64,000 nt of DNA from an uncultured virus (IMG/VR IMGVR_UViG_3300020054_001201) (Duplodnaviria; Heunggongvirae; Uroviricota; Caudoviricetes), in the IMG/VR virus record IMGVR_UViG_3300020054_001201, one strand, 5' to 3'. The notes below the pieces were generated by a model, which saw only the letters and a list, made by a program, of their open reading frames with translations, was not told the origin of the DNA and ran no database searches. This document shows positions 9,373-18,321 of this stretch, in pieces. Position 1 is the first letter of the stretch; every line of letters begins with the position of its first letter. A program made the translations under genes and the position numbers.

Positions 9373-9596
9373 TCCCAATCAAGCCTCCTGTTGATTTCGT
9401 CAAAGTTCTGCATCCAAAACATCAGCACCTTGCGCCATTGCCTCATCGTGAAAGGGTTGCCTTCCGCGTCTTCTGCATCGGGGAAATGTTCAGCGAGGTG
9501 TGGTGTAGCGCCGAACATGTTGGTGATGCCGGACTCGCGAAGGACATTGAGGAAGATGAAGTATTCTTTCCACTCTTCAAACTGTTCTTCATTCAT
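9369..9596 (-). CDS. Small conserved phage protein (LRESGITNMFGA motif)
   Basis: Recognisable motif common in phage early regions; coupled ORF. Confidence 0.7.
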   Translation of the reverse strand: MNEEQFEEWKEYFIFLNVLRESGITNMFGATPHLAEHFPDAEDAEGNPFTMRQWRKVLMFWMQNFDEINRRLDWE

Positions 9597-9931
9597 TCGG
9601 ATTCCTCCTGTTGTGCGCGGTAGAGAGCCTCCCCTTCCTCACGAATCTCAGCGATGCGTGCATTGACTTGCTCATGGTTGCCGAAGTTGAGTGGCGGTAG
9701 TTCACCACCAGCGATGCCTCCGCATTGTTCAATGAGTGTGAACAAGTCTCGCACATTGACATAGCCGAGCGTGTTGTTTGAGTCGTTGTAGGATTCACCA
9801 TCGCGTGTGATTTGAATCTCAACCGCACCGTAGGATTGCGCGGCATCACTCTTCGGTGAACAGTAGTGCCTGCTTGACGCTTGCACGCTGATGATAGTTC
9901 CGTCGTTGCATAGAATTGGTGTGCGCATCAT
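9593..9931 (-). CDS. Hypothetical phage protein (CNDG..ISVQAS..HYCSP motif)
   Basis: Coupled ORF; start placed at the ATGA overlap. Confidence 0.7.
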   Translation of the reverse strand: MMRTPILCNDGTIISVQASSRHYCSPKSDAAQSYGAVEIQITRDGESYNDSNNTLGYVNVRDLFTLIEQCGGIAGGELPPLNFGNHEQVNARIAEIREEGEALYRAQQEESE

Positions 9932-10179
9932 TGGATTCGCCTCCAACAAGAGCGCCCCGCTCTCTCAAAGTCTCTTGACCTGCCGAGCATCCATCCGATG
10001 ACTGTCGTGGTCGGCATCTCTTTGTGGTGAAATGCTCTCGCGCTTCTTCCGATGTATTCGTTCGGGTCAAACTCAAAGAGTCTCGTTTGTATTTCCTTCG
10101 TTTTGATTTCTTCTCCCACCTTAACAACCGCGAGGATGTATTGGTAGTAGCGTTCTTGTGTTGTCTTTTTCTTTGTCAT
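9928..10179 (-). CDS. Small putative winged-helix DNA-binding protein
   Basis: Paralog of the next ORF; both have VGE and end WRRIQ. Confidence 0.55.
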   Translation of the reverse strand: MTKKKTTQERYYQYILAVVKVGEEIKTKEIQTRLFEFDPNEYIGRSARAFHHKEMPTTTVIGWMLGRSRDFERAGRSCWRRIQ

Positions 10180-10454
10180 TGTATTCGCCTCCATGAGTAA
10201 TGGTTTTCACTACGCCTCACCTTCTGCATGCTTTCTTCTGCGCGCATGATTTGTCCAAGTTGGTTCGTGCTTTTCGGAAGAGACTGATGTCCCGAAGGGT
10301 AAGCCAAACAGATGCGGTCATAGATTGTTCTTGCTTGCAAGACCTCTCCAACATCCATCACACTATGAATGAGAACCATGAGGTTGCGTCGCCTCCTTTG
10401 AGGATTTGATTCACCCTCTCGGTTGTGCTTGTATGGTGTAGGGCGCGTCATCAT
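10176..10454 (-). CDS. Small putative winged-helix DNA-binding protein
   Basis: VGEVLQARTIYDRI...PKSTNQLGQIM...WRRIQ. Confidence 0.55.
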   Translation of the reverse strand: MMTRPTPYKHNREGESNPQRRRRNLMVLIHSVMDVGEVLQARTIYDRICLAYPSGHQSLPKSTNQLGQIMRAEESMQKVRRSENHYSWRRIQ

Positions 10455-10969
10455 CCCCACTCTCCTGTCAATGGGTTGAAGGTTTTGGATTCGGGTGTTG
10501 TCTCTTCAACGCGTGGCGCGATGAAGACTGTCCAATCGCCACAGGGTGTGTCCATGCGGAGAGGTGAAGCAAAACCATTGACGCTTGCACCACCGCTGAA
10601 CTCCATCGTATCAGCAACGCGCTTGTAGTGTTGGTTGACGAAGCGAATCAGTTTCGGGTCAAAGAAAGACTCGTTGACTTGGATGAGTTCACCCTCGTTG
10701 GTCTGCATCCGAAGAGTGTTGCAATCGCGAGACGCTTTGTAGTTCGTGTTGGTGATGTTGAAGAAACCATTGTTGCGCTCTCCGTTGTAGGGCTGACCCC
10801 AATTGAGCATCATGTCCATGCGCGCTCGCTCACTTCGTGGAACGATGAGTAGCACCTCCAACTCGTGAATCAATCCCGACGCATTTCGCGTCACCGAACC
10901 TGTGAATTGAAGCGGGTTGTTCTTACCCTCTATCCACTTTGCAGTTGTCATCCTCATGTCGTCAGTCAT
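10451..10969 (-). CDS. Hypothetical protein (172 aa); C-terminus resembles a sliding-clamp beta-strand end (VFIAPRVE)
   Basis: Coupled ORF; the PCNA resemblance is weak. Confidence 0.6.
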   Translation of the reverse strand: MTDDMRMTTAKWIEGKNNPLQFTGSVTRNASGLIHELEVLLIVPRSERARMDMMLNWGQPYNGERNNGFFNITNTNYKASRDCNTLRMQTNEGELIQVNESFFDPKLIRFVNQHYKRVADTMEFSGGASVNGFASPLRMDTPCGDWTVFIAPRVEETTPESKTFNPLTGEWG

Positions 10970-11325
10970 TCTTCCTCATCCTCCAACTCCAAACCACAGT
11001 CGTTGCATTTTGCACCATCCAATTCGTCGGTGTAGTCAAGGTGTTGACATGTGATGCGCTTCCTGTATTCCACGAAGTGTTTGTAATCAAGCATTGACTG
11101 TTCTTTCAATGCGCGAAGGAATCTGTCGGTGTCATAGATTTCACTTCCACCTTCCCACAGATACATTTCCATGTCTCCTTCGTGGTTGTCCCATCCCTCG
11201 GTGCGCTCGCCTGTCTTGGCCTCGTAGTGTTCCCTCACCAACTCCAAGAAGCGGTTTGTCTTGTCAAGGTTCATGTCAAACATAGGCTTGATACAATCAT
11301 CCCACAACTTCATTCCTCGGCTCAA
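10966..11325 (-). CDS. Hypothetical protein with C-terminal Zn ribbon (CQH...CNDCG)
   Basis: Coupled ORF. Confidence 0.7.
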   Translation of the reverse strand: MSRGMKLWDDCIKPMFDMNLDKTNRFLELVREHYEAKTGERTEGWDNHEGDMEMYLWEGGSEIYDTDRFLRALKEQSMLDYKHFVEYRKRITCQHLDYTDELDGAKCNDCGLELEDEEE

Positions 11326-11777
11326 ATCTCATCCCCCCATTGAAGGTGGCGTGCGAGTTTGCTGGCTTGCGATTCTGCGATGGCTTGCTCGCGCTCTTCC
11401 TTATCGGAGAGTAAGTGAGCATCAACCAACTCGCGTAGCATGCTGAGGACAACGCGCTGGTTGCCGAGGTCAAGAGAACCGATTGCGGCGCTGGTCAGTC
11501 CTGTGTTGATGAGCGCCTTGACCAAGTTGTAGCAGGTCATCTCTGAACCGCTACCGTCTCGCATTGAGCGTGCGTGAACAGTCTTGACAGATGTAGTGAT
11601 GAAGTCGTTGCCCCACTTATGTTCAAAGGTGGTGTTGATTTTGACAACACCTGTCGCGTATGTCCAAGTGAGCATCGGCCAGCGTCGGCCTGTCTTCTCA
11701 CAAACAATGTCGTGAACGCGCCTCTTGTTCAAGGCTTCTTGGAGTTCCGTTTCCGTGTAGCAGTTGTCTTCGGTCAT
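11322..11777 (-). CDS. Hypothetical protein (151 aa)
   Basis: Coupled ORF. Confidence 0.7.
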   Translation of the reverse strand: MTEDNCYTETELQEALNKRRVHDIVCEKTGRRWPMLTWTYATGVVKINTTFEHKWGNDFITTSVKTVHARSMRDGSGSEMTCYNLVKALINTGLTSAAIGSLDLGNQRVVLSMLRELVDAHLLSDKEEREQAIAESQASKLARHLQWGDEI

Positions 11778-12347
11778 TCAGTCCACCTTCCAATGCTTGT
11801 TCTCCCTGTTCTCAGCGATGGCGAGGTTGGCGCTCATGAAGTCAGCAAGACCTGCCTTGTCAACATCGCCCCACTCATCGCGCTGGAAGCGATAGAACTC
11901 TTCGGGGTTCATGCCGTAAGGCGCTTCGGTCATCCACTCACCCGTGGCTGGAACAAAGACGCGCTTCGGCATGGAGGTGCATGGCTCGGCTTTGAGACTA
12001 CCACGATGACCACTCATGTTGAGGTCGCGTGCTGTGTAAGACCAGCCCCAAGCGGCGCGGCAGTTTGCACCACGGCATGGGCAGTCGCCAAGCATGATGG
12101 TTCGTCCGTCAATGTATGCAATACCCAAGACACGCGTCGGCTCACCAAAGTGTTCACGCACAACAGCGTGTGCATCAACCCATTGGTTGCCGTTCTGTTC
12201 GTCTTGAACCATGAAAGCCTCGGTGAGGATTTCGTTGCGTTCATCAATGCTGAACTCGCTGAGGTCAATGATGTTCTCAACCTCGCGAGTCAGTTTTCCG
12301 TCGTTCGTTTTTCTGTTTTCTGCGTTCAGTTTCCATTCAATGGTCAT
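11778..12347 (-). CDS. Hypothetical protein (189 aa)
   Basis: Coupled ORF with GGTGA RBS. Confidence 0.7.
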   Translation of the reverse strand: MTIEWKLNAENRKTNDGKLTREVENIIDLSEFSIDERNEILTEAFMVQDEQNGNQWVDAHAVVREHFGEPTRVLGIAYIDGRTIMLGDCPCRGANCRAAWGWSYTARDLNMSGHRGSLKAEPCTSMPKRVFVPATGEWMTEAPYGMNPEEFYRFQRDEWGDVDKAGLADFMSANLAIAENRENKHWKVD

Positions 12348-12604
12348 TGTTCATCACCTTTTTCTGTGTCGTTATCCATGCTCATGATGTAAGCATCATG
12401 CTCAAGGAGAATGGGAATGATAAAACTCGCTCGTGCGGCAAGCGCTCCGAGTTCAGTCGCGGGGCCGATGTATTGTCCACCGTCGTGAGTGTTGAAGAAC
12501 ACGATGCGGTCTTGAACAAGCGTGCCGTGAGGCATCTTGAGAACCACTTCGCGTCCAATGTCAGCGTCCGTCCAGCCGTCTTCGGGGATGGGTGTTGGCT
12601 TCAT
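12344..12604 (-). CDS. Hypothetical protein (86 aa)
   Basis: Coupled ORF. Confidence 0.65.
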   Translation of the reverse strand: MKPTPIPEDGWTDADIGREVVLKMPHGTLVQDRIVFFNTHDGGQYIGPATELGALAARASFIIPILLEHDAYIMSMDNDTEKGDEQ

Positions 12605-13434
12605 TGGTTCACCACCAAGTTGCGAAGAGCGCGGACGAGTTCTGCTCGGCCAAGAGTGTTGACGGAGTTGAGAGCCTCAATGATTTTCTGTTCCGCAACA
12701 TGATGTTCCACGAACAGGGCTTCGGCGAGGTGTCCAACGATGCTCGTTGTGAATCCGAGAACAATGTCGTTCTGCATCTCAACGAAGCCACCCTTGACTT
12801 TGACGAAGCGCGTCACGCCGAGGGCAGGGTCGTAGTCCTCACCCCACTTTGCGACTTCTTCCGCAGTTGGCTTGGGCGACCAAGCATCAAAGGTTTCGGG
12901 GTGATACACTTTTCCATTGAACCAATATGTGAAATTGCAAGAGTCGCAACCGTCAATGTTTCCACCTTCAAACGCACCGCACTCTTCACATTCGGGGTTA
13001 GGTTTGCATGTTTCAGCATCATCGTCGTCGGATGCACCGAGGTCAGCGAGAACCTTCTCAGCAACCTTCACCGCGTCGGGCAGGTCGTCAAGGTCAACGC
13101 CTTCGTTGGTGAAGGTGTTGCCGCCGTCTTTGGTGTAGGCAGGGATAGGAATGTCTTCGCCCTCTACATCCATGTCGCATGGGTAGTAGTGGACGCGCAT
13201 CTGTCCTTTGTCGTTCTCCATCCGCTTCTTGCAAAGGGCGTCGTATTTTGACACCGCGTCGCTGAGGTTGGTGTGAATCTTGTTGGCTTTCACACCTTTC
13301 ATGCTACGCTTGTCAATGCACGCAACCACATCGTTTGCCGTCATCGGTTTGTTTTCGCTACGCACAATGCGCGTAACAAAAGCAATCTTCGTTTCTTCGT
13401 TTTGTTTCTTGTATTTTTTTGGGTTCGGGGTCAT
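12601..13434 (-). CDS. Hypothetical protein with possible N-terminal HTH and central Zn ribbon (CEEC...CDSC)
   Basis: GGAGG RBS; two CxxC pairs. Confidence 0.7.
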   Translation of the reverse strand: MTPNPKKYKKQNEETKIAFVTRIVRSENKPMTANDVVACIDKRSMKGVKANKIHTNLSDAVSKYDALCKKRMENDKGQMRVHYYPCDMDVEGEDIPIPAYTKDGGNTFTNEGVDLDDLPDAVKVAEKVLADLGASDDDDAETCKPNPECEECGAFEGGNIDGCDSCNFTYWFNGKVYHPETFDAWSPKPTAEEVAKWGEDYDPALGVTRFVKVKGGFVEMQNDIVLGFTTSIVGHLAEALFVEHHVAEQKIIEALNSVNTLGRAELVRALRNLVVNQ

Positions 13435-13495
13435 TTCAATTCCTCCGTTCTTGCAGTTGCGCTCATCGTATCATGAGCAGACATCAGTCAAGGGG

Positions 13496-13532
13496 TGGGG
13501 GGAGAGGGACAAGGTGAAACCCTCTCCCCCCA
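13496..13532 (-). terminator. 13-bp GC-rich stem-loop downstream of the 695-aa gene
   Basis: TGGGGGGAGAGGG / CCCTCTCCCCCCA perfect inverted repeat with an 11-nt loop. Confidence 0.55.
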
Positions 13533-13602
13533 TAGAATATGCGAGCGGTTGGCCGCTACCCAAATGTGAAAAGTCAGCGTTGCTTATACGCGCTCAGTCA
13601 AA

Positions 13603-15690
13603 TCATTGACCGACTTGAGCATCAACGGTGATGTGCTTGACAGGCCAAGTCTCGGTGAAGTCTGCAACCTCGGTCAAGGCTACGGTCTTCGGATTCCAGC
13701 CGCCACTTGCGTTGGCTTTGTAGGAACTGATTGGGACTTGCAACTTGTCGGGGTTCTGCGCGAACCAAGCACCCATTGCCTCAAGGTCATCAACAGGTTG
13801 ACCCGTGTGGTTGGCGTAGGTGTTGACTGCTTCAAACGCGATTGTCTCAAGCAAGTTGGTGGCTTTGTTGGAGCGCTTCATCAGCGTCTCAATGCCTTGC
13901 GTCTTGCCGTGGAGTTTGCGCTTGCCGTCTTCGGAAACCCAAACCGGATTGTGCGTCAGCGTGCCTGTCAATGCTTGCGCGGCGTGGAAGAGCGTGCCGT
14001 GGGAGTTAGCGTCCAACTCAGAACCGTTCTCTTTGCCCATCGCAACATAGTCAAGGTCGGGGTTCATCCAACCGTTGAGGACTGCGTTGTAAGCGTGTCC
14101 GCCAGCCAACTTGACTGCATCCTTGCCCAAGTCTCCGAGGGAGAGGACGGTGTTGCCTTTCTCGTCAGCGTTGAACTGATTGAGGTCAGCGACATGCACC
14201 TTCACCGTTGGCGGAGCAATCAAGCCTTGTTTGCTGAACACCGTCAACACTTTGTCAAAGAGGTTTTGCTCAATGGGTAGGTGTCGGAGGATGTGCATAG
14301 CAAGCAGGTTCTTCTGCGCGTCGTGGAGAGCAGAGGTGATGCGTTCAGCGAACGCTTCGGGGTCAAACTCTGCGATGCTTCCCTTCATGTGACGAACCTT
14401 CGCTTTGTTACCAGCCATCAAGAGGTTCTGCACACCGCCGCGCATTGCAAGGTTACCGCAATAGGTGCGAAGGACAGACATGAACGACTGCAAGGCAGAC
14501 TTGCCGTCGTGTGCATTCATGATGGTGACGCCGACGCGGTGACCGCCGTGTTCCTCGGTGAGCGCATCACTGATTCGGTTAGCGCTGAGGTTCACATAGC
14601 CAAAGTTGCCGAGGTTGCTGGCCGCTTCGTTGCGTGTCTTGGTTGCAAAGCCCGTGATGTCAAGGTTCATGACTGCACGCTTGCCGTTGTTGATGGAGTA
14701 AGCGTCCCATGAAATGAGTTCGCGTCCAGCGGCGGCGTTGATAGCGTCAATGCATTGGATGACAGGCTTGAAGACGGTCGGGTGGTCAATGTGTTCAAAG
14801 TTCTCACCGATGGCTCGGTTGAGCATGACACCGAACGGCTCTTCGCTGGTAGCCAATGTTGGGTTGACAATGCAACGGACTCGCGCTTCGCCTGTGTTGG
14901 GGTTGCGTGGGATGTGAACGGTCTGCTCACCCGTCAACGGGTCGGTGCGAACCTGCGCCATCTCAACAACATCAGCCTCAAAGTTCCAAGCGCCCAAGTC
15001 TTCGTGTCGCTTGCCGTCAGCAAGTGCCTTCGCGAAGTCTGTGTTGAGGTTGTCCTTGACTTCTTTGGCGGCGGCGAAACGAGCCTCGCGCAACTGTGCG
15101 GCTACGCTTGCGGCTTTGGCTTTGGCTTTCACCCTGTCAACATCGTCGGACACCTCTTGACTGAGAGACAACTCAACACCCACACCGTCAAAGGTAGGGA
15201 TGCTATCGTCATCCTCAAGGTCGTCTTCAAGGTCGTCGCCGTCGTCCTCAAGTTCATCACCGTCGTCCTCAAGTTCATCACCGTCGTCCTCAAGTTCATC
15301 ACCGTCGTCCTCAAGTTCATCACCGTCGTCCTCAAGTTCATCACCGTCGTCCTCAAGGTCGTCGCTGACAGCGAGGTCAGCGCTTGGGACTTCGCCAAAC
15401 TCGTTCCACGAGTCAGCAATGTCTCGCAACTCAGCGTGGTCGGTGCGTCCAGCAAAGGGAGCGAAGAGTTTGCTCACGGCAATGGGGTTGCCGTTCACCT
15501 CTCCGTCTTGCAGGCACAGGATGGTGTGTCCATCCACAACTTGCTTGTGCGCGACGACAGAATGTGGAATCCAAACCGCTTTGGTTTCACCCAAAGCGAC
15601 TTGGACGCTCACCTGCGTCATGGTTTCGTTCTCTTGCATCACCTGTCCGATGATGCATGTTCGTGCTTCGTTTTCCGTGGGGGTTTTCAT
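13603..15690 (-). CDS. DUF932/DUF945-like domain protein with an acidic tandem-repeat linker
   Basis: GVTIMNAHDGKSAL...LRTYCGNL...KVRHMKG matches the NSHDG..R.vC.N..RH signature. Confidence 0.7.
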   Translation of the reverse strand: MKTPTENEARTCIIGQVMQENETMTQVSVQVALGETKAVWIPHSVVAHKQVVDGHTILCLQDGEVNGNPIAVSKLFAPFAGRTDHAELRDIADSWNEFGEVPSADLAVSDDLEDDGDELEDDGDELEDDGDELEDDGDELEDDGDELEDDGDDLEDDLEDDDSIPTFDGVGVELSLSQEVSDDVDRVKAKAKAASVAAQLREARFAAAKEVKDNLNTDFAKALADGKRHEDLGAWNFEADVVEMAQVRTDPLTGEQTVHIPRNPNTGEARVRCIVNPTLATSEEPFGVMLNRAIGENFEHIDHPTVFKPVIQCIDAINAAAGRELISWDAYSINNGKRAVMNLDITGFATKTRNEAASNLGNFGYVNLSANRISDALTEEHGGHRVGVTIMNAHDGKSALQSFMSVLRTYCGNLAMRGGVQNLLMAGNKAKVRHMKGSIAEFDPEAFAERITSALHDAQKNLLAMHILRHLPIEQNLFDKVLTVFSKQGLIAPPTVKVHVADLNQFNADEKGNTVLSLGDLGKDAVKLAGGHAYNAVLNGWMNPDLDYVAMGKENGSELDANSHGTLFHAAQALTGTLTHNPVWVSEDGKRKLHGKTQGIETLMKRSNKATNLLETIAFEAVNTYANHTGQPVDDLEAMGAWFAQNPDKLQVPISSYKANASGGWNPKTVALTEVADFTETWPVKHITVDAQVGQ
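15239..15357. repeat. 21-bp perfect tandem repeat CCGTCGTCCTCAAGTTCATCA x5.7, encoding (DELEDDG)n
   Basis: Counted directly; in frame within the 695-aa gene. Confidence 0.95.
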
Positions 15691-15863
15691 TTTTTGTCCT
15701 CCTTTTTGTTTTGGCGTAGGTCGCCACCCATATGGTTCTCCATTGGAGTGTGTGTTGTGCGCTCTTTCAAGTTCGCGCAGTATAACTCAATGACTTTATT
15801 GAAAGGCTTGAGTCGTTGTCGTCGTTCTTCTTCTTCATCAATGATGATGTGAATGCGGTTCAT
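15687..15863 (-). CDS. Small hypothetical protein (58 aa, MNRIHIIIDEEEE...)
   Basis: GGAGG RBS; ATGA overlap with the 695-aa gene. Confidence 0.55.
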   Translation of the reverse strand: MNRIHIIIDEEEERRQRLKPFNKVIELYCANLKERTTHTPMENHMGGDLRQNKKEDKK

Positions 15864-15864
15864 G

Positions 15865-16359
15865 TCAGTCATCCTCCAAGTCATCAACGAGGTCATCGTC
15901 ATCAACGAGGTCATCGTCATCAACGAGGTCGTCCTCAATGCCGAGGCTCGCCAACAGCGTTTCGTATGAATCAATCTCGCGCGCCATAGTTACACCACCG
16001 CTTGAGGGTATATCAACATTGTCGCGCGACGGTGTTTGACGAGGGAGAATGATTTCACGGAAGGTGAAACCACAAACGAAGACGGATGCCGCAACATCGT
16101 TCGCCTTGTAGCGTGTGCCGAGAGGCTCACCCTTGACAGGCCAAGCCGTCCATTCAAGCGAACGCACGATGTCATGCGGTAGGTTGTGATACGAACGCGC
16201 AGGGTTGAGAAAGGTGTCTCGGTATTGACTGTCGTGTCGCACCGATGCGCTTCCGTTGAGGATGCGTCGCCCGTCTTCTGTGCCGTTTGTTTGTAGCGAG
16301 ACGAATGTCTTCGGGTCATTCATGAGCATGGTCAATTCGGATATTTGGTCGCGGGTCAT
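15865..16359 (-). CDS. Hypothetical protein with acidic (DDDLVD)3 tail
   Basis: Coupled ORF. Confidence 0.7.
   Translation of the reverse strand: MTRDQISELTMLMNDPKTFVSLQTNGTEDGRRILNGSASVRHDSQYRDTFLNPARSYHNLPHDIVRSLEWTAWPVKGEPLGTRYKANDVAASVFVCGFTFREIILPRQTPSRDNVDIPSSGGVTMAREIDSYETLLASLGIEDDLVDDDDLVDDDDLVDDLEDD
15881..15934. repeat. 18-bp tandem repeat TCATCAACGAGGTCATCG x3 (last copy imperfect)
   Basis: Seen directly; encodes DDDLVD. Confidence 0.9.
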
Positions 16360-16679
16360 TCGTCATCACTCCATTTTGCTTTGCGCTCCGCAAGGATGGC
16401 TTCGGGATTCCATTGTTTGCCCGTTGCAGGGTCAACACCGAACCAAAGTTCGGTGCATGTGATGCCGTAGCCATCAGCCCACAACCTCTTCTCGTCAAGG
16501 AAACATGACAAGCAACCTTGCACATTGCACACGCAAGGCTCATATTCAGTTTCGTGAAGGAATTGAAGGTAGGCTTCCTTTGAGACAATGCTCACGCCTT
16601 GCTTGTTGTATTCCATCTTTCCCGTTTCGGGGTCTTCGTAGTCGCTTTTGTAAAACAGTTCAATTGTTTCTTCGGTCAT
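16356..16679 (-). CDS. Hypothetical protein with Cys cluster (CVCNVQGCLSC)
   Basis: Coupled ORF. Confidence 0.7.
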   Translation of the reverse strand: MTEETIELFYKSDYEDPETGKMEYNKQGVSIVSKEAYLQFLHETEYEPCVCNVQGCLSCFLDEKRLWADGYGITCTELWFGVDPATGKQWNPEAILAERKAKWSDDE

Positions 16680-17068
16680 TCTTCTTCCTCCTTCTTCTTC
16701 TCTTGGATGTAGTCTGCAACGAGGTCGCCAGCGTCTTCAATGAGCATGTCGTTGAGTTTCGCGAGGTTGTCTCTGCTGATGGCTAAGACAATGCAAGACT
16801 GCGCGTGGCCGTATGAACAGTCGTATTCGTGGGCGGTGTATTGGATGAATTGATTGACGACAAATGAGCGAATGGCTCTGTGGTTGTCAAAGTTTTCTTT
16901 GATGAAATCGCAGTTGCGACGGTAGTGCGCTTCGCCGAGGTAAGAACCGTCAAGCCAGCAACGAAAGAAGCGTCGCACAGCGTGGTTCACATCGTCAATG
17001 AGTTGCGTGCCTCCGTAATCGTGGGCAATCTTCTCCTTGATGTTCATGTTAGCGTAGGACTTCTTCAT
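16676..17068 (-). CDS. Hypothetical protein (~130 aa)
   Basis: GGAGGA RBS; coupled ORF. Confidence 0.7.
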   Translation of the reverse strand: MKKSYANMNIKEKIAHDYGGTQLIDDVNHAVRRFFRCWLDGSYLGEAHYRRNCDFIKENFDNHRAIRSFVVNQFIQYTAHEYDCSYGHAQSCIVLAISRDNLAKLNDMLIEDAGDLVADYIQEKKKEEEE

Positions 17069-17493
17069 GACCAATCCTCCTCGGTGTCGTCATCAGCGAT
17101 GAGGTCGGTGTCAAAGTGAACGCAGTTCTCGTAGTGCGTAGCCACATCGTCTTCAACATAGCCACAGTCGGGACAACCTGCTTCGTTGCGCGCCGTCTCT
17201 TCTGCTTCAAGGTGAGTCATTGCAACCTGCATCATCTCGTCAGCGTAGCGCTTCGCCTGCTTGATGCCTGCGACTGTGCTGAGGAAGTTGCGAAGGGTGT
17301 CAAGAACAACATAGCGTGTTGGTTCGGAGAAGTTCATCGTATGCACTCGCGCGGCGGTGACATAAGCATCGCATTCACGACAAGCGCGACCCTCATGAAA
17401 GAGGGGGCGAGGGTTGTTGGATTCGGTCGGGTGCGTGCTTCGCTCTTGGCGACACACGACGCAATGGGTTACAATGCTGAAGTCTTCGTTCAT
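17065..17493 (-). CDS. Zinc-finger protein (CVVC...NNPRPL...CREC; CPDC...H..C)
   Basis: Multiple CxxC motifs. Confidence 0.7.
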   Translation of the reverse strand: MNEDFSIVTHCVVCRQERSTHPTESNNPRPLFHEGRACRECDAYVTAARVHTMNFSEPTRYVVLDTLRNFLSTVAGIKQAKRYADEMMQVAMTHLEAEETARNEAGCPDCGYVEDDVATHYENCVHFDTDLIADDDTEEDWS

Positions 17494-17738
17494 GCGCTCA
17501 CCTCGTGGGCGATGAGGATGTCGGCAAAGTCTCCGCGATGAAATGTTTCAACAACAGAATACACCGCCTCCCAAACGAAAGCATGCTCGTGATAATTGAG
17601 AGAGTTTGCACAAAGGTCTTGAACGAAGTCGGCGAGGGTTGGAGGGAGAGCGTTCACTCTCACAATTTCGTTCACCTCTTCCTGTTGTTCTTCGGTCATA
17701 CCCAATCGGTTGCAAGTGCATGGGGTAGTCTCGGTCAT
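17490..17738 (-). CDS. Hypothetical protein (82 aa)
   Basis: Coupled ORF. Confidence 0.65.
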   Translation of the reverse strand: MTETTPCTCNRLGMTEEQQEEVNEIVRVNALPPTLADFVQDLCANSLNYHEHAFVWEAVYSVVETFHRGDFADILIAHEVSA

Positions 17739-18130
17739 TCTTCTTCACCTCGGATGATTGCGTCAAGTTCAGCGGCCTGTTCCAACTCCATGTCGGCGTG
17801 TCGTTCTCCATCCTCAATCAACGCGGCTTCTTCTGCTTCGCGCATCAGTCGTGCTTTGCGGAACGACATGGTGCGGTGCTTTGGGTTGCGGGGCTTCTTG
17901 GGTTGCGGGTTCTCCGCATCGTCAAAGCATGTTCCGCAGGTAACTGCGTGCGGTGCGTAGAGGTCATCATTGCTTTCAATGATGTTCTCGCAAACCGTTC
18001 CATCCGAACGAATGTTGTTGCAGATGAAAGGCATCGCGTCTACCCAATCGTCTTCGGATTGGGGGTTGGTCGCTTCAACCTCTTGGGTGGTCGGCAGTTG
18101 GGGCTTCTTGGTTTGGGGTTTCGGGGTCAT
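17735..18130 (-). CDS. Hypothetical Zn-binding protein (131 aa)
   Basis: Cys motifs; ends RGEEE. Confidence 0.7.
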   Translation of the reverse strand: MTPKPQTKKPQLPTTQEVEATNPQSEDDWVDAMPFICNNIRSDGTVCENIIESNDDLYAPHAVTCGTCFDDAENPQPKKPRNPKHRTMSFRKARLMREAEEAALIEDGERHADMELEQAAELDAIIRGEEE

Positions 18131-18321
18131 TGTTTTTCCTCCTTGTTTTTTTGGTGTCCTTTGGACTGTAAGGTCGCAATCATTTTGCGGTGGACTCTCG
18201 CTCGCAGTTGCGCGAGCGTAAATGAATCGGGGTTTGTGTGTGGTTCACAGGATGTGCGAGCATCCTCTTCGTGTTCTTCAAAGGAACATTCGTCCGTCTC
18301 AATGGCGACGATGAGGGTCAT
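18127..18321 (-). CDS. Small hypothetical protein (64 aa)
   Basis: Coupled ORF. Confidence 0.5.
   Translation of the reverse strand: MTLIVAIETDECSFEEHEEDARTSCEPHTNPDSFTLAQLRARVHRKMIATLQSKGHQKNKEEKQ

Noticed and set aside
13440..13600. tRNA in structured intergenic regions (also 22140-22280)
   Set aside because: Hairpins are present, but no cloverleaf or T-loop consensus was found.
15239..15357. Possible CRISPR array
   Set aside because: The units are contiguous with no spacers and lie in frame within a CDS, so this is a coding tandem repeat.
14755..15852. 365-aa plus-strand ORF with VVLKFIT repeats, and other long antisense ORFs (11574, 17798, 38207, 49342, 62225)
   Set aside because: They are shadows of well-supported genes on the opposite strand and lack RBS or coupling.
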